The translations under genes were made by a program, and so were the position numbers. A stretch of DNA of 64,000 nucleotides from Planctomycetota bacterium (GTDB lineage Bacteria; Planctomycetota; UBA8108; SXIK01): positions 4,704,001 through 4,768,000 of the forward strand of contig OZ244999.1 in assembly GCA_965223265.1 (NCBI GenBank), given 5' to 3'. A model generated the notes under the pieces. It was not told the DNA's origin and searched no databases. It saw nothing but the letters and a program-made list of their open reading frames with translations. This document shows positions 38,677 to 47,139 of the stretch, one piece after another. How positions within the stretch are numbered: position 1 is the stretch's first letter; each line of letters opens with the position of its first letter.

Positions 38677-40473
38677 ATGAGCTTTCCCCGCACGCTTCGC
38701 GCCACACTCCTGGCCTTTTCGGCCGTTCTTTTTCTCCACTCCTGCTGCGGGCCTCCGGAAGCCGATCCACTGGCGCCGGGGGACTGGGACGGCCTCGCCC
38801 GCGCGCTCACACGTCGCATCGAATACGAGATGGACGCGGCGGACGTCGTAGGTCTGAGCATCGCGATCGTGGAATCCGGAGGCGTTCGCTGGTCAAGTGG
38901 ATTCGGCCTGGCCGACCGCGAGGCGAAGCGACCAGCCACCGATCGAACGATCTACCGCGTTGGCTCCATGTCCAAGCCGTTCACCGCTGCGCTGGTGATG
39001 ACCCTCGTCGAGAAGAGCGGGCTGGATCTCGATGCGCCCCTCGAGACGTATCTCCCTGCCTTCTCGATTCGTTCGCGGTTCGAGGAGGCGGGTCCGGTCA
39101 CGCTGCGCGGAATCCTCACCCACCGATCGGGACTTCCCAACGTCTGGAGGAAGACCGGGCCCGACGGCCGACCCGTCCATTACGACCGGCTCGTTCACGA
39201 GATGCCCCAGGCCTCGCTCGCCCACCCCCCAGGCTTGGTCTCCAAGTACTCGAGCCTCGGGTTCGACCTCGCTGGCCACGCCGCGGAAAGCGTTGCGGGC
39301 CGGCCTTTCGTCGAGCTCGCCGACGACTTACTGAAAACCATCGGGGTAGAGACGGCAACGTTCGCGCCGTCCGAAGTCACGAAACGCTTGCTCGCCCGTC
39401 CGTACCGCCGGGGACGCCTCGAGTCGGATCTTCCCGAACTCGACGGGGAAATCCCTTCGGGCGGTCTCCACTCCAGCGTCCTGGACTACGCCCGGTTCTG
39501 TCGGCTCTTTCTCGAAGGCGGAGAGGTAGATGGAGCACGTGCGCTGTCGGAGCGATCGGTCGGAGAGATGCTCACGGCGGAGACGCCGAGCCGCCTCGAC
39601 TTCGGGGCGATTTGGGGACTCGGCTGGAGCCGAGGAACGCCCGAGGGTCTCGCTTATGCTGGCTCCTTTGCATCTCACGGCGGCGCCACGTTCCTCTACA
39701 ACTCCCTCGCGATTCTGAGCCTGGACCACGATGTCGGGGTCGTCGTGTGCGCGAACACCCAGGAGGCCGCGCAGGCGGTCGCCCGCATCACCAGGGAGGC
39801 CATGAGACTGGCCTTTGAGGTGAAGGGACTCCGGAAGCCAAGCGCGGTCGAGGACCCGGTCCCTTCCAAGCCGGTGGCCTCTTGGAAGAAATTCGAAGGC
39901 CGCTATCAGACCATCGCAGGAGTTCTTGACGTCACGGTCGGCGACCACGTCGAGGCGTGCCTCCTGGGCCGTCGCGTCCGGCTCGTCGACGAGGGCGGAA
40001 ACTGGTCCTCCCTTCGCTACCTCCTTCTCGGCAGCCTTCCGCTCACAGTGGGCGGCCGAGGCGACGTCCGGTTCGCGTTTGCCGAGGTCGCAGGACGGAG
40101 GGTTATCGTTCGCGACGAGCGTGGATATCGCATCCGTTTCGGAGACCGAATCGAGCCGTCACCGATTCACTCCGCCTGGCGCGACCGGCTGGGAGAGTAC
40201 GACCTCACGAACGAGAGGCTGGCGAGGATCACGTTTCGGTGCACTCCGAACGTCGAGCTGGGGATCGACGGGGAGGACCTCATCCTGACCTTCTATCCAA
40301 ACGTCCAGCCCACCATCGAGCTCTCGTGGGCGGTCCGGACCCTATCGGACGACGAGGCGGTGTGCGAGGGGCTCGTCGACTACCTCGGCGGGGAAACCCT
40401 GCGGATCGTCCGAGTTGACGGCCGGGAACGGATCACGATGTCCGGCTACGAGTTCGAGAGGGTCGAGGATTAA
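38677..40473 (+). CDS. Serine hydrolase (beta-lactamase class C-like), exported
   Basis: SMSK, LTHRSG, YSS and HGG motifs; signal peptide with Cys. Confidence 0.88.
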   Translation: MSFPRTLRATLLAFSAVLFLHSCCGPPEADPLAPGDWDGLARALTRRIEYEMDAADVVGLSIAIVESGGVRWSSGFGLADREAKRPATDRTIYRVGSMSKPFTAALVMTLVEKSGLDLDAPLETYLPAFSIRSRFEEAGPVTLRGILTHRSGLPNVWRKTGPDGRPVHYDRLVHEMPQASLAHPPGLVSKYSSLGFDLAGHAAESVAGRPFVELADDLLKTIGVETATFAPSEVTKRLLARPYRRGRLESDLPELDGEIPSGGLHSSVLDYARFCRLFLEGGEVDGARALSERSVGEMLTAETPSRLDFGAIWGLGWSRGTPEGLAYAGSFASHGGATFLYNSLAILSLDHDVGVVVCANTQEAAQAVARITREAMRLAFEVKGLRKPSAVEDPVPSKPVASWKKFEGRYQTIAGVLDVTVGDHVEACLLGRRVRLVDEGGNWSSLRYLLLGSLPLTVGGRGDVRFAFAEVAGRRVIVRDERGYRIRFGDRIEPSPIHSAWRDRLGEYDLTNERLARITFRCTPNVELGIDGEDLILTFYPNVQPTIELSWAVRTLSDDEAVCEGLVDYLGGETLRIVRVDGRERITMSGYEFERVED

Positions 40474-40653
40474 CAGCCCGCCTGAAAAAGTCATTCGGCC
40501 GAGAAACTGGCCTCTTCACGCCCAGATCGACCGCGGCGAGCCTCGCCAGTTCTGTCTCATAAAAGAGGGCTCGGAGATTACCTAAGTTCGCCGCGGCCGA
40601 TCTGGACGCGAAGCGACCAGTTTTCGACTCGAAGCACTTTTTCAGGCAGGCTG
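40474..40653 (-). mobile_element. MITE copy 2 (180 bp)
   Basis: CAGCCCGCCTGAAAAAG...CTTTTTCAGGCAGGCTG; TTAA on both flanks, the left one containing the hydrolase stop codon. Confidence 0.88.
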
Positions 40654-40737
40654 TTAACTTCGACGGCTCGTCCGCATCCTGTAGTCGGTAGGATCGCAAC
40701 GAGCGACCGCAAACCACTTGATCGTTGCCCCTTGATC

Positions 40738-41427
40738 CTATTTGTTCTTCTTGGGCTGCGACCCGGAGCTGACATGCGGCGCAAGCTTGTCCCATTCACT
40801 CGACGCCACGCAGTATAAACAGAAGTCGCCGTGGTCGTAGATCGAACAGTTCAAGGGTCCGCGCCTATCCTCGTGCACGTCGGCTCCAACAAATGGCGCC
40901 CTGGTCGGTCTCACCGGTCTGGTCAGCACCCACGTGATGCCATCCGCTCCGTTCTCCCCTGTGAGCAGACTGTCGCGCTCCCATTCGTTCTGTTCCAGAA
41001 GGTCAACGCCAAACAGCTTTAGAATACTCAGCAAGGGGTACACAGTGCGTTGGAAGCCCCCCGGCTTCTCGCTCGGCATCATCATCGCTCCGGAGCCCAT
41101 GCCGATATACTTCGTCACGCCGGCAGCCTTCATCGCACTCCAGACGTGTGGAAGGTTGTGAGTTTTGGGACGTGTCTTCCTGTCGTCGCCGAGCGCCGAG
41201 ATCACGCCGTCGCAGCCTGCAAACGCCTCCTTCAACTTCTCCTCTTCGTTCAGCTGCGCCTCGACCACGGTAGTCGTCGGCTTCACATCTTTGAACTTGT
41301 GTGGAGACCGCGTGATCACCACTGCGTCGATTCCGATCTCCTCGGCTCGCGCGAGGATCCCCTTGCCGTAGGTCCCGCTCGCACCAATGATCGCCACCTT
41401 GGCCGGTTTCGCGATGCTGGTGCTCAT
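40738..41427 (-). CDS. NAD(P)H-binding Rossmann protein (flavin/biliverdin reductase-like)
   Basis: KVAIIGASGTYG, CDGVISALG, ITWVLTRP. In frame with the upstream CDF coding region. Confidence 0.75.
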   Translation of the reverse strand: MSTSIAKPAKVAIIGASGTYGKGILARAEEIGIDAVVITRSPHKFKDVKPTTTVVEAQLNEEEKLKEAFAGCDGVISALGDDRKTRPKTHNLPHVWSAMKAAGVTKYIGMGSGAMMMPSEKPGGFQRTVYPLLSILKLFGVDLLEQNEWERDSLLTGENGADGITWVLTRPVRPTRAPFVGADVHEDRRGPLNCSIYDHGDFCLYCVASSEWDKLAPHVSSGSQPKKNK

Positions 41428-42171
41428 CTCGTTCATGTTCCGATGGTTGGTCGCCGCGGGAGTGTGTGTTTCTGCCGAGTTCTTCCTCTCTGTTTTCATT
41501 TGGGTACTCACCCCTTCCCAGCCTTCTCGTATCAACCAAGGAACCATGAGCATGGCTGCCGCCGGATCAGCCCACCACCAGCCAAGAACAGCGTGGGCTC
41601 CAAGTCCGATGAGAAGCGTAGCGGAAAGATAAGAGCACGCTAAGGTTTCTAACGCCTCGGCCTGCAGGGCACGGCTACCCAACCGCCTTGCGACGCGAAG
41701 TTTCGCCCACGACAACGCCGGCATAACCACGAGCGAGACAGAGGCAAGGATGATCCCAAGGAGACTTTCCTGTGGGAGCTCTTTAGCGAGCAGTGCCCAG
41801 ACAGCATCGACCACGACGTATGATGCGAAGACGATAAAGGTCCAGCCGATCAGACGGTGAGCTAGAAATTCCTGTCTTTCCGTTGACCCCTGATCGGATC
41901 CTTTCTCCGAGAGAATTCGCCACAAGGCAACACCCGCAGCAACCGTCTCGATTCCACTGTCGAGACCAAAAGCCACAAGAGCAGAACTGTCCGCCGTCGA
42001 TCCCCACCAAATTGCCAGGACCCCCTCAACGACATTGTAGATCAGGTTGACTCCGACCAGCCAGACGGCGAGACGAAGGAAGCGAGCTCGATCCGTCGCG
42101 GCAGATCTTCCTGGCAGAATCGGTCCTCGGCTGCCGCGTTCGTGCGCTTCTCGCCGGCGGTCGTTGCCCAT
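41428..42171 (-). CDS. Cation diffusion facilitator TM domain, lacking its own stop (reads into the downstream gene)
   Basis: YNVVEG, SSALVAFGLDSGIE, LGSRALQAEA, LGWWWADPAAA. Confidence 0.72.
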
Positions 42172-42204
42172 TTTTGTTGCCTTGACCCAGCTTGTTGGAC
42201 TGTG

Positions 42205-42771
42205 TCAACAAGTACACTCATCTGCTGTCTTGCGGTCGAGGAATTGGTCGACAGCCTCGATGGCATGAGTTGCATAGACCACACCGGTCCCACCGCTCAT
42301 GAGGATCGCCACGCCCAATGCATCCGCGATCTCTTCCCTGGTGGCACCTGTTTCGAGAGCGTCATAACGTAACAGCCCGCCTGAAAAAGTCATTCGGCTG
42401 AGGAACTGGCCTCTTCACGCCCAGCTCGACCGCGTCGAGCCTCGCCGTGTATATCTTATAGAAGAGGGCTCGGAGATTGCCTACGTTCGCCGCGGCCGAT
42501 CTGGACGCGAAGCGACCAGTTCTCAGCTCGAAGCACTTTTGCAACGGGCGATAAGTGTGGTGTGCAATGCAGTCGTCGCGCGTGTGGCAACACTGATTGC
42601 CAAAGCGATCAACTCCTTGGTTTTCGTGTCGAGTGCACCGGCAGCCACAACGTTCTTATGAAGGCCCCAAAAAGCCTCCATCACCGCCGGCAGAGTGGCT
42701 CGAAGGGTTCGAACGTTTCTCTCGAAGTTCTGCGACCTGCCGGGATGGCCTTGCACCGTCGTCTCACGCAT
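42205..42771 (-). pseudogene. Carboxymuconolactone decarboxylase/AhpD family pseudogene
   Basis: GALDTKTKELIALAISVATR and GATREEIADALGVAILMSGG halves are separated by a MITE; 1-bp deletion near 42579 in the CxxC motif. Confidence 0.88.
42373..42550 (-). mobile_element. MITE copy 3 (one degenerate end) inside the CMD gene
   Basis: Close to copy 2 in sequence; ATAA at 42364-42367 and 42551-42554. Confidence 0.85.
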
Positions 42772-42800
42772 GGGTCACTGTCCTCCGATTCCATCCCCGT

Positions 42801-42975
42801 TCATGCCCCAGAGAAGAACTGATCCATTGAGCAGAGCCCTGCAATCGCCACAAACGCCCCACCGACAATGAAGCCGACAGCCATCACGAGGAGCCAGGCA
42901 GCTAGGTAGTTACCCCATTTCCTGCGACTGCCTTCGGCAAAACCAGCCGCAAACCAAATGAGGTATCTCCACGTA
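42801..42975 (-). pseudogene. Start-less remnant of a small membrane protein
   Basis: Hand translation WRYLIWFAAGFAEGSRRKWGNYLAAWLLVMAVGFIVGGAFVAIAGLCSMDQFFSGA*; no start codon found that would include the N-terminal part. Confidence 0.4.
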
Positions 42976-42990
42976 GTGACGATCGAGGCA

Positions 42991-43227
42991 TTACGCGCAG
43001 GAGTTCTCCCCCATCATGTCACAACACATTCGCATCATTTCGCTGCACATCGCCATCGGATCCTCCGACGCCTTCATCTTCTTCATCATCTCCGTCAAAT
43101 GCTCCTTCATGGGACCAGAACAGCATTCTTCTCGGGACGCCCCTTTCGCCACGATTTCAGCTCGAATCGACTCTTGATCCTCCGCGGACATTTCCTCAAA
43201 AGCTTTCAGGAATTCCTCTTTCTTCAT
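42991..43227 (-). CDS. Small Met/Cys-rich protein (possible metal binder)
   Basis: GGAGG RBS; EECCSGPM...MAMCSEMMRMCCDMMGENSCA. Confidence 0.7.
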   Translation of the reverse strand: MKKEEFLKAFEEMSAEDQESIRAEIVAKGASREECCSGPMKEHLTEMMKKMKASEDPMAMCSEMMRMCCDMMGENSCA

Positions 43228-43857
43228 CGATCGTTCCTCCATGACACGCTGCGAACGAATTTCTGCGGCAACGGCAACGCGACTTCAGTGCAAACGTTGT
43301 TCCAGAGGAAAGACTTTCGACAGCCGAAAGATATATAGAGATCCGATAGGCGGGATCTCTGGCAGGCGGTGTGCAGAAGCTTTGAGCCAAGCCGTCGCTG
43401 AGAGATTCCTCCTGACTGCAGTGAGAGAAAAACCACCGCTTCAGGGAAATTCTCACGATCAGAGCATCGCGAGATGTTTCCACCATGGTGGCCGCTGAAG
43501 GCGTCGAAGACCGTCTTCGACCCCCGCGGAGGGAAGGCGCCTGCAGCTCCCTCGATGGACCGAGTTGCGTGCAGTTGCTGGTTGGATCTTCTGCAGCGCC
43601 ATTACGGGGATCGGCCGCGAGTTTCTCTCCATTGGGACGACGTTAGTCATCCGCGCGGTCGGAGCACCCGTGGTCTTTGCACTGATCGAGCTGCATAAAC
43701 TTGTATACAGCCGCGCGTTCCAGTTCTTTGACCACACGGGCAACCATCGCAGCGATCGTTGCTGGTGTGAACATCAAAGTGCTACCCGTTCACATTACCC
43801 CTCGATGGGCATACTGCGAACCTGCTGGATGTTCATGACTTCGTTGCGCTGGCTGGT

Positions 43858-45162
43858 TCAGACCAGCGGTGTCTTTCCTGGCATCGCGACGGGTGCCACC
43901 GCCAGGGGACCGAGCTCTAGCTTCGGCGGAAGAAGGTTCAGCTGAGACTCTTTGAGCGCCCAATCGTAGCGAAGGGCTTTGCCGGTATAGGCGCTCATCC
44001 GCCCAACGATCGCCGTCATGGTCGTCTCGGCAAGACGTCGGCACTCGTTGATGGGCTTCTTCTCACGGATGCTTCGGATGAACGCGCCGTGCATCTCAAG
44101 GTCACCCGTGGTGTGCTTGCCCTCGTACGTCCATGGCTTCTCGCCTTCGATGCGCGCGCCGCGGCGGGTGACGTGCGCGACACCTTTGGTACCTTCGATC
44201 ACGTTGCTGACGTTGGTCGTGACGCCGTGAATCTGCGTTGCCATCGCGAGCATCGATGGGCCGTTCTTGTAGGAATAGTCGACTGCGAAGTGATCATAGA
44301 TATGTCCATACTCATCCCCGGTACGCACCTGGCGACCGCCAACTCCGGCGCATGACTCCGGCGTAGATTTCATGATCCAGTTGCAGACATCGAGGTTGTG
44401 GCAAAGCTGTTCGACGAGATGGTCGCCGGAAAGCCATGTGAAGTACGGCCAGCAGCGAATCTGCCACTCCATATCGCTCCACTGCGCCTGACGCGGGTTG
44501 TTGTGCCAGTCAACCGTCGTGCCGAGCCAGAGAGCCTTGAGCAGCCTAATCTCGCCGATCTGTCCATCCCAAATACGGTTGATGATCTCGTGATAGTGCG
44601 GGACGTAGCGTTGCTGCGTTCCGACGACGATCGAAAGCCCCTTTCGATCCGCCTCGTCGGCGGCCGCCAGTAACGTCCGGATGCCCGTTGGACAAACCGC
44701 ACCCGGCTTTTCCATGAAGACGTGCTTACCGGCCTTGGTGGCGGCAGCGACATGGGTCGGTCGAAAACCCGGCGGCGTGGCATGGAGGACGATGTCGATC
44801 TCGTCCATGGCGAGGACTTTCTTGTACGCGTCGAATCCGATGAAGATTCGCTCCGGTGTGACGTTCACCTTGTCAGGTACTTCCTTGCGAATCGTCTCGA
44901 GGCCGACGTCGACGTAGTCGCGAAACATGTCGGCGACTGCATAGAGCTCGACACCGGGAGCCGAATTCAGGTGATAGATGGCGTCGCGCGTACTCCTTGA
45001 GTTGGCGCCGCAGCCAATCATAGCAACCCGTAGGGTGTCCGACCCGCCGGCATGCACCCCGACGCCCGATGAGGCGAGCAACGTCGCGCCCGTGGCCGTA
45101 GCCGTGCGGGAGAGAAAATCACGCCGAGAAAGGTCGTGCTTACGCTCAGTCTGCTTTTTCAT
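43858..45162 (-). CDS. Tat-exported Gfo/Idh/MocA oxidoreductase
   Basis: SRRDFL Tat signal; MIGCG; ATPPGFRP; HVFMEKP; VEQLCHNLD. Confidence 0.92.
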   Translation of the reverse strand: MKKQTERKHDLSRRDFLSRTATATGATLLASSGVGVHAGGSDTLRVAMIGCGANSRSTRDAIYHLNSAPGVELYAVADMFRDYVDVGLETIRKEVPDKVNVTPERIFIGFDAYKKVLAMDEIDIVLHATPPGFRPTHVAAATKAGKHVFMEKPGAVCPTGIRTLLAAADEADRKGLSIVVGTQQRYVPHYHEIINRIWDGQIGEIRLLKALWLGTTVDWHNNPRQAQWSDMEWQIRCWPYFTWLSGDHLVEQLCHNLDVCNWIMKSTPESCAGVGGRQVRTGDEYGHIYDHFAVDYSYKNGPSMLAMATQIHGVTTNVSNVIEGTKGVAHVTRRGARIEGEKPWTYEGKHTTGDLEMHGAFIRSIREKKPINECRRLAETTMTAIVGRMSAYTGKALRYDWALKESQLNLLPPKLELGPLAVAPVAMPGKTPLV

Positions 45163-45291
45163 ATCGACACCTCGGGAATGCTGATCGCGGATGAATTTGC
45201 CGAGTAACAGGATACTGCGGAAGTACCGGGAAGGCTACAGTGCCGAGCCTCTCGAAACATCCGCCTCGTTGGGGAGACTGGTCTTTCACGG

Positions 45292-45456
45292 TCACAAAGC
45301 CGGCCTAAAATCGATCACCGCGCGCCCCATCGCTCCGGTCGCAACATCCCGCACGACGACCGTCCAGCGGCCCGCGGCATCGCTGAACGCGAACGGAATC
45401 TCGAACGTGCACGTTCCAGTCGCAACGCTGGCGAGGGTGATCAGCAGGAGCTGCCA
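45292..45456 (-). pseudogene. Probable C-terminal remnant of a larger protein (Ig-like end)
   Basis: Hand translation ...TFEIPFAFSDAAGRWTVVVRDVATGAMGRAVIDFRPAL*; no convincing start. Confidence 0.3.
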
Positions 45457-45667
45457 GGTGAATTGTGCTCATTCTGACGACGTAATCGACTCGGCTTCGA
45501 GCCAGCAAAGGCGGCCAGTCCAGTTGGCGCCGTGCGAGTTTTTGGACACGACCGGAACAGCCCGCCGGCGCTCGTCCGTTTCCGCAACATCTCGATCAAA
45601 GCGTTCGAGTAGTCGTGGGGTCGTTGCCGTCGAGCGAGACGGTAACGGGCTGTGCAGCCGAGAGCGG

Positions 45668-46468
45668 TTAGTTGACCTGCGGCGACGCGGCTGGCAGTGA
45701 GAACGATCCCTCGCGCAGTACGGCGCGGACGCAAATTTTCCGGCTGCAGAGGAGTTCTCGCGACAAAGCGAACCCTTCGAGCTCAGTGTTGAGTGTTTGG
45801 GAGGCGGTTTGCTTGCGTCCTTGCTTAGGAGCCTTTCTGGCGCGACGGCGGACGGCTCTCCGGATGAGGAGGCGCGACACCGGCCGGACGAAAGGATAGA
45901 GAATCGCCGAGGTGGTACTCTTCCCCAGACCTTTGAGGACGATCTCATCAAACTGGGCCACGCGCAGAAAGTAACGTATCTGGAAGAACGGCAGCGAGAA
46001 GACGTGGCCGTGGTAGAAGCGATCGCCATCGCCGCCCCACACGGTCGTCTCTTCGTTAGGAAACCCCGTGTGGAAGCTCTTCATGCCGGTCAGGAAGTAG
46101 CTGAGCCGACCGCTCAAGTCCATGAAGTTGGGCGTGGTGATCCACAGATAGCCTCCGTCACGCAGCACGCGGCGGCACTCGCGAAAGAAGGAAGCCAGGT
46201 CCTCGACATGCTCGACGCCTTCTTGGCACACCAGCCCATCGAAGCTGTCGTCGTCGAAGGGCAGGCGTTCGTTCATGTCGGCACGCACCGCTTCGTGCCC
46301 GGGTAGCTGAAACTCCTCCGGGAAAAGATCCGCCGCGGCGATGTCGTATCCTGCTTCGTTCAATCGGCGACACAGCGTGCCATCGCCGGCGGGAATGTCG
46401 AGCACCTTGCCCTTGCCCAGCACCGCGTTGACGTCGTCGAGCAGAAAATGATCGACGCGTTCCGCCAA
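45668..46468 (-). CDS. Class I SAM-dependent methyltransferase
   Basis: VLDIPAGDG, LPFDDDSFD, EGVEHV, RVLRDGG.LWITTPN. Confidence 0.9.
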   Translation of the reverse strand: MAERVDHFLLDDVNAVLGKGKVLDIPAGDGTLCRRLNEAGYDIAAADLFPEEFQLPGHEAVRADMNERLPFDDDSFDGLVCQEGVEHVEDLASFFRECRRVLRDGGYLWITTPNFMDLSGRLSYFLTGMKSFHTGFPNEETTVWGGDGDRFYHGHVFSLPFFQIRYFLRVAQFDEIVLKGLGKSTTSAILYPFVRPVSRLLIRRAVRRRARKAPKQGRKQTASQTLNTELEGFALSRELLCSRKICVRAVLREGSFSLPAASPQVN

Positions 46469-46780
46469 ACTTCTTCTCCCTTACAGAGTCTCAGAGCACC
46501 TCCCACCGTCACCGAAAAACATACGTGAGCTACTTTGGGATGTCCAACAAAATGGGTTTCTCTAGACGATGCAGCAAGTCGTCTTGTTGAAGGGCCTTCA
46601 CGCTTGCGAGATCGATCTTGGTTTTTTCTTCGTGTTCGAGTCGCGCGAACCTTTCCCTGTATCGTCATGTACTACTGATCGCAGTCTATCTTCCGTTGCG
46701 ATAGAAACGGCACAGCTTGATGACGACGACGATGCAATCGCTCGCTTCGACATCGCCGCGGGAGGTTAACCTCGAGTTAA

Positions 46781-46960
46781 CAGCCCGCCTGAAAAAGTGC
46801 TTCGAGCCGAAAACTGGTCTCTTCGCGTCCAGATCGGCTGCGGCAAACGGAGGCAATCTTCGGGCCCTCTTTTTTCGATTCTGATGGCGAGTATTGACGC
46901 GGCCCGTCTGGGCGTGAAGAGGCCAGTTTCTTCGGCCGAATGACTTTTTCAGGCGGGCTG
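46781..46960 (+). mobile_element. MITE copy 4 (180 bp)
   Basis: Perfect TIR CAGCCCGCCTGAAAAAG / CTTTTTCAGGCGGGCTG; TTAA on both flanks; interior nearly identical to copy 1. Confidence 0.9.
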
Positions 46961-47139
46961 TTAACAGCGTTCGTTGTCTCATATGTTCCTGTTGAAACTG
47001 GCGCATATCAGCGCGTTCCGATCGATCGCCCATTCCCCGTTCGCGGTGTTCAGGGCGGTCAGTTGCACGAGTGCCGAAGCGCCCACGAACCGCCACCAAA
47101 TGTTCTGATGGTGGCTTGAAATCCGGGGAGGACTCCCGG

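Noticed and set aside
38067-39818. 583-aa plus-strand ORF
   Set aside because: Arg/Pro-rich off-frame overlap of two well-supported genes.
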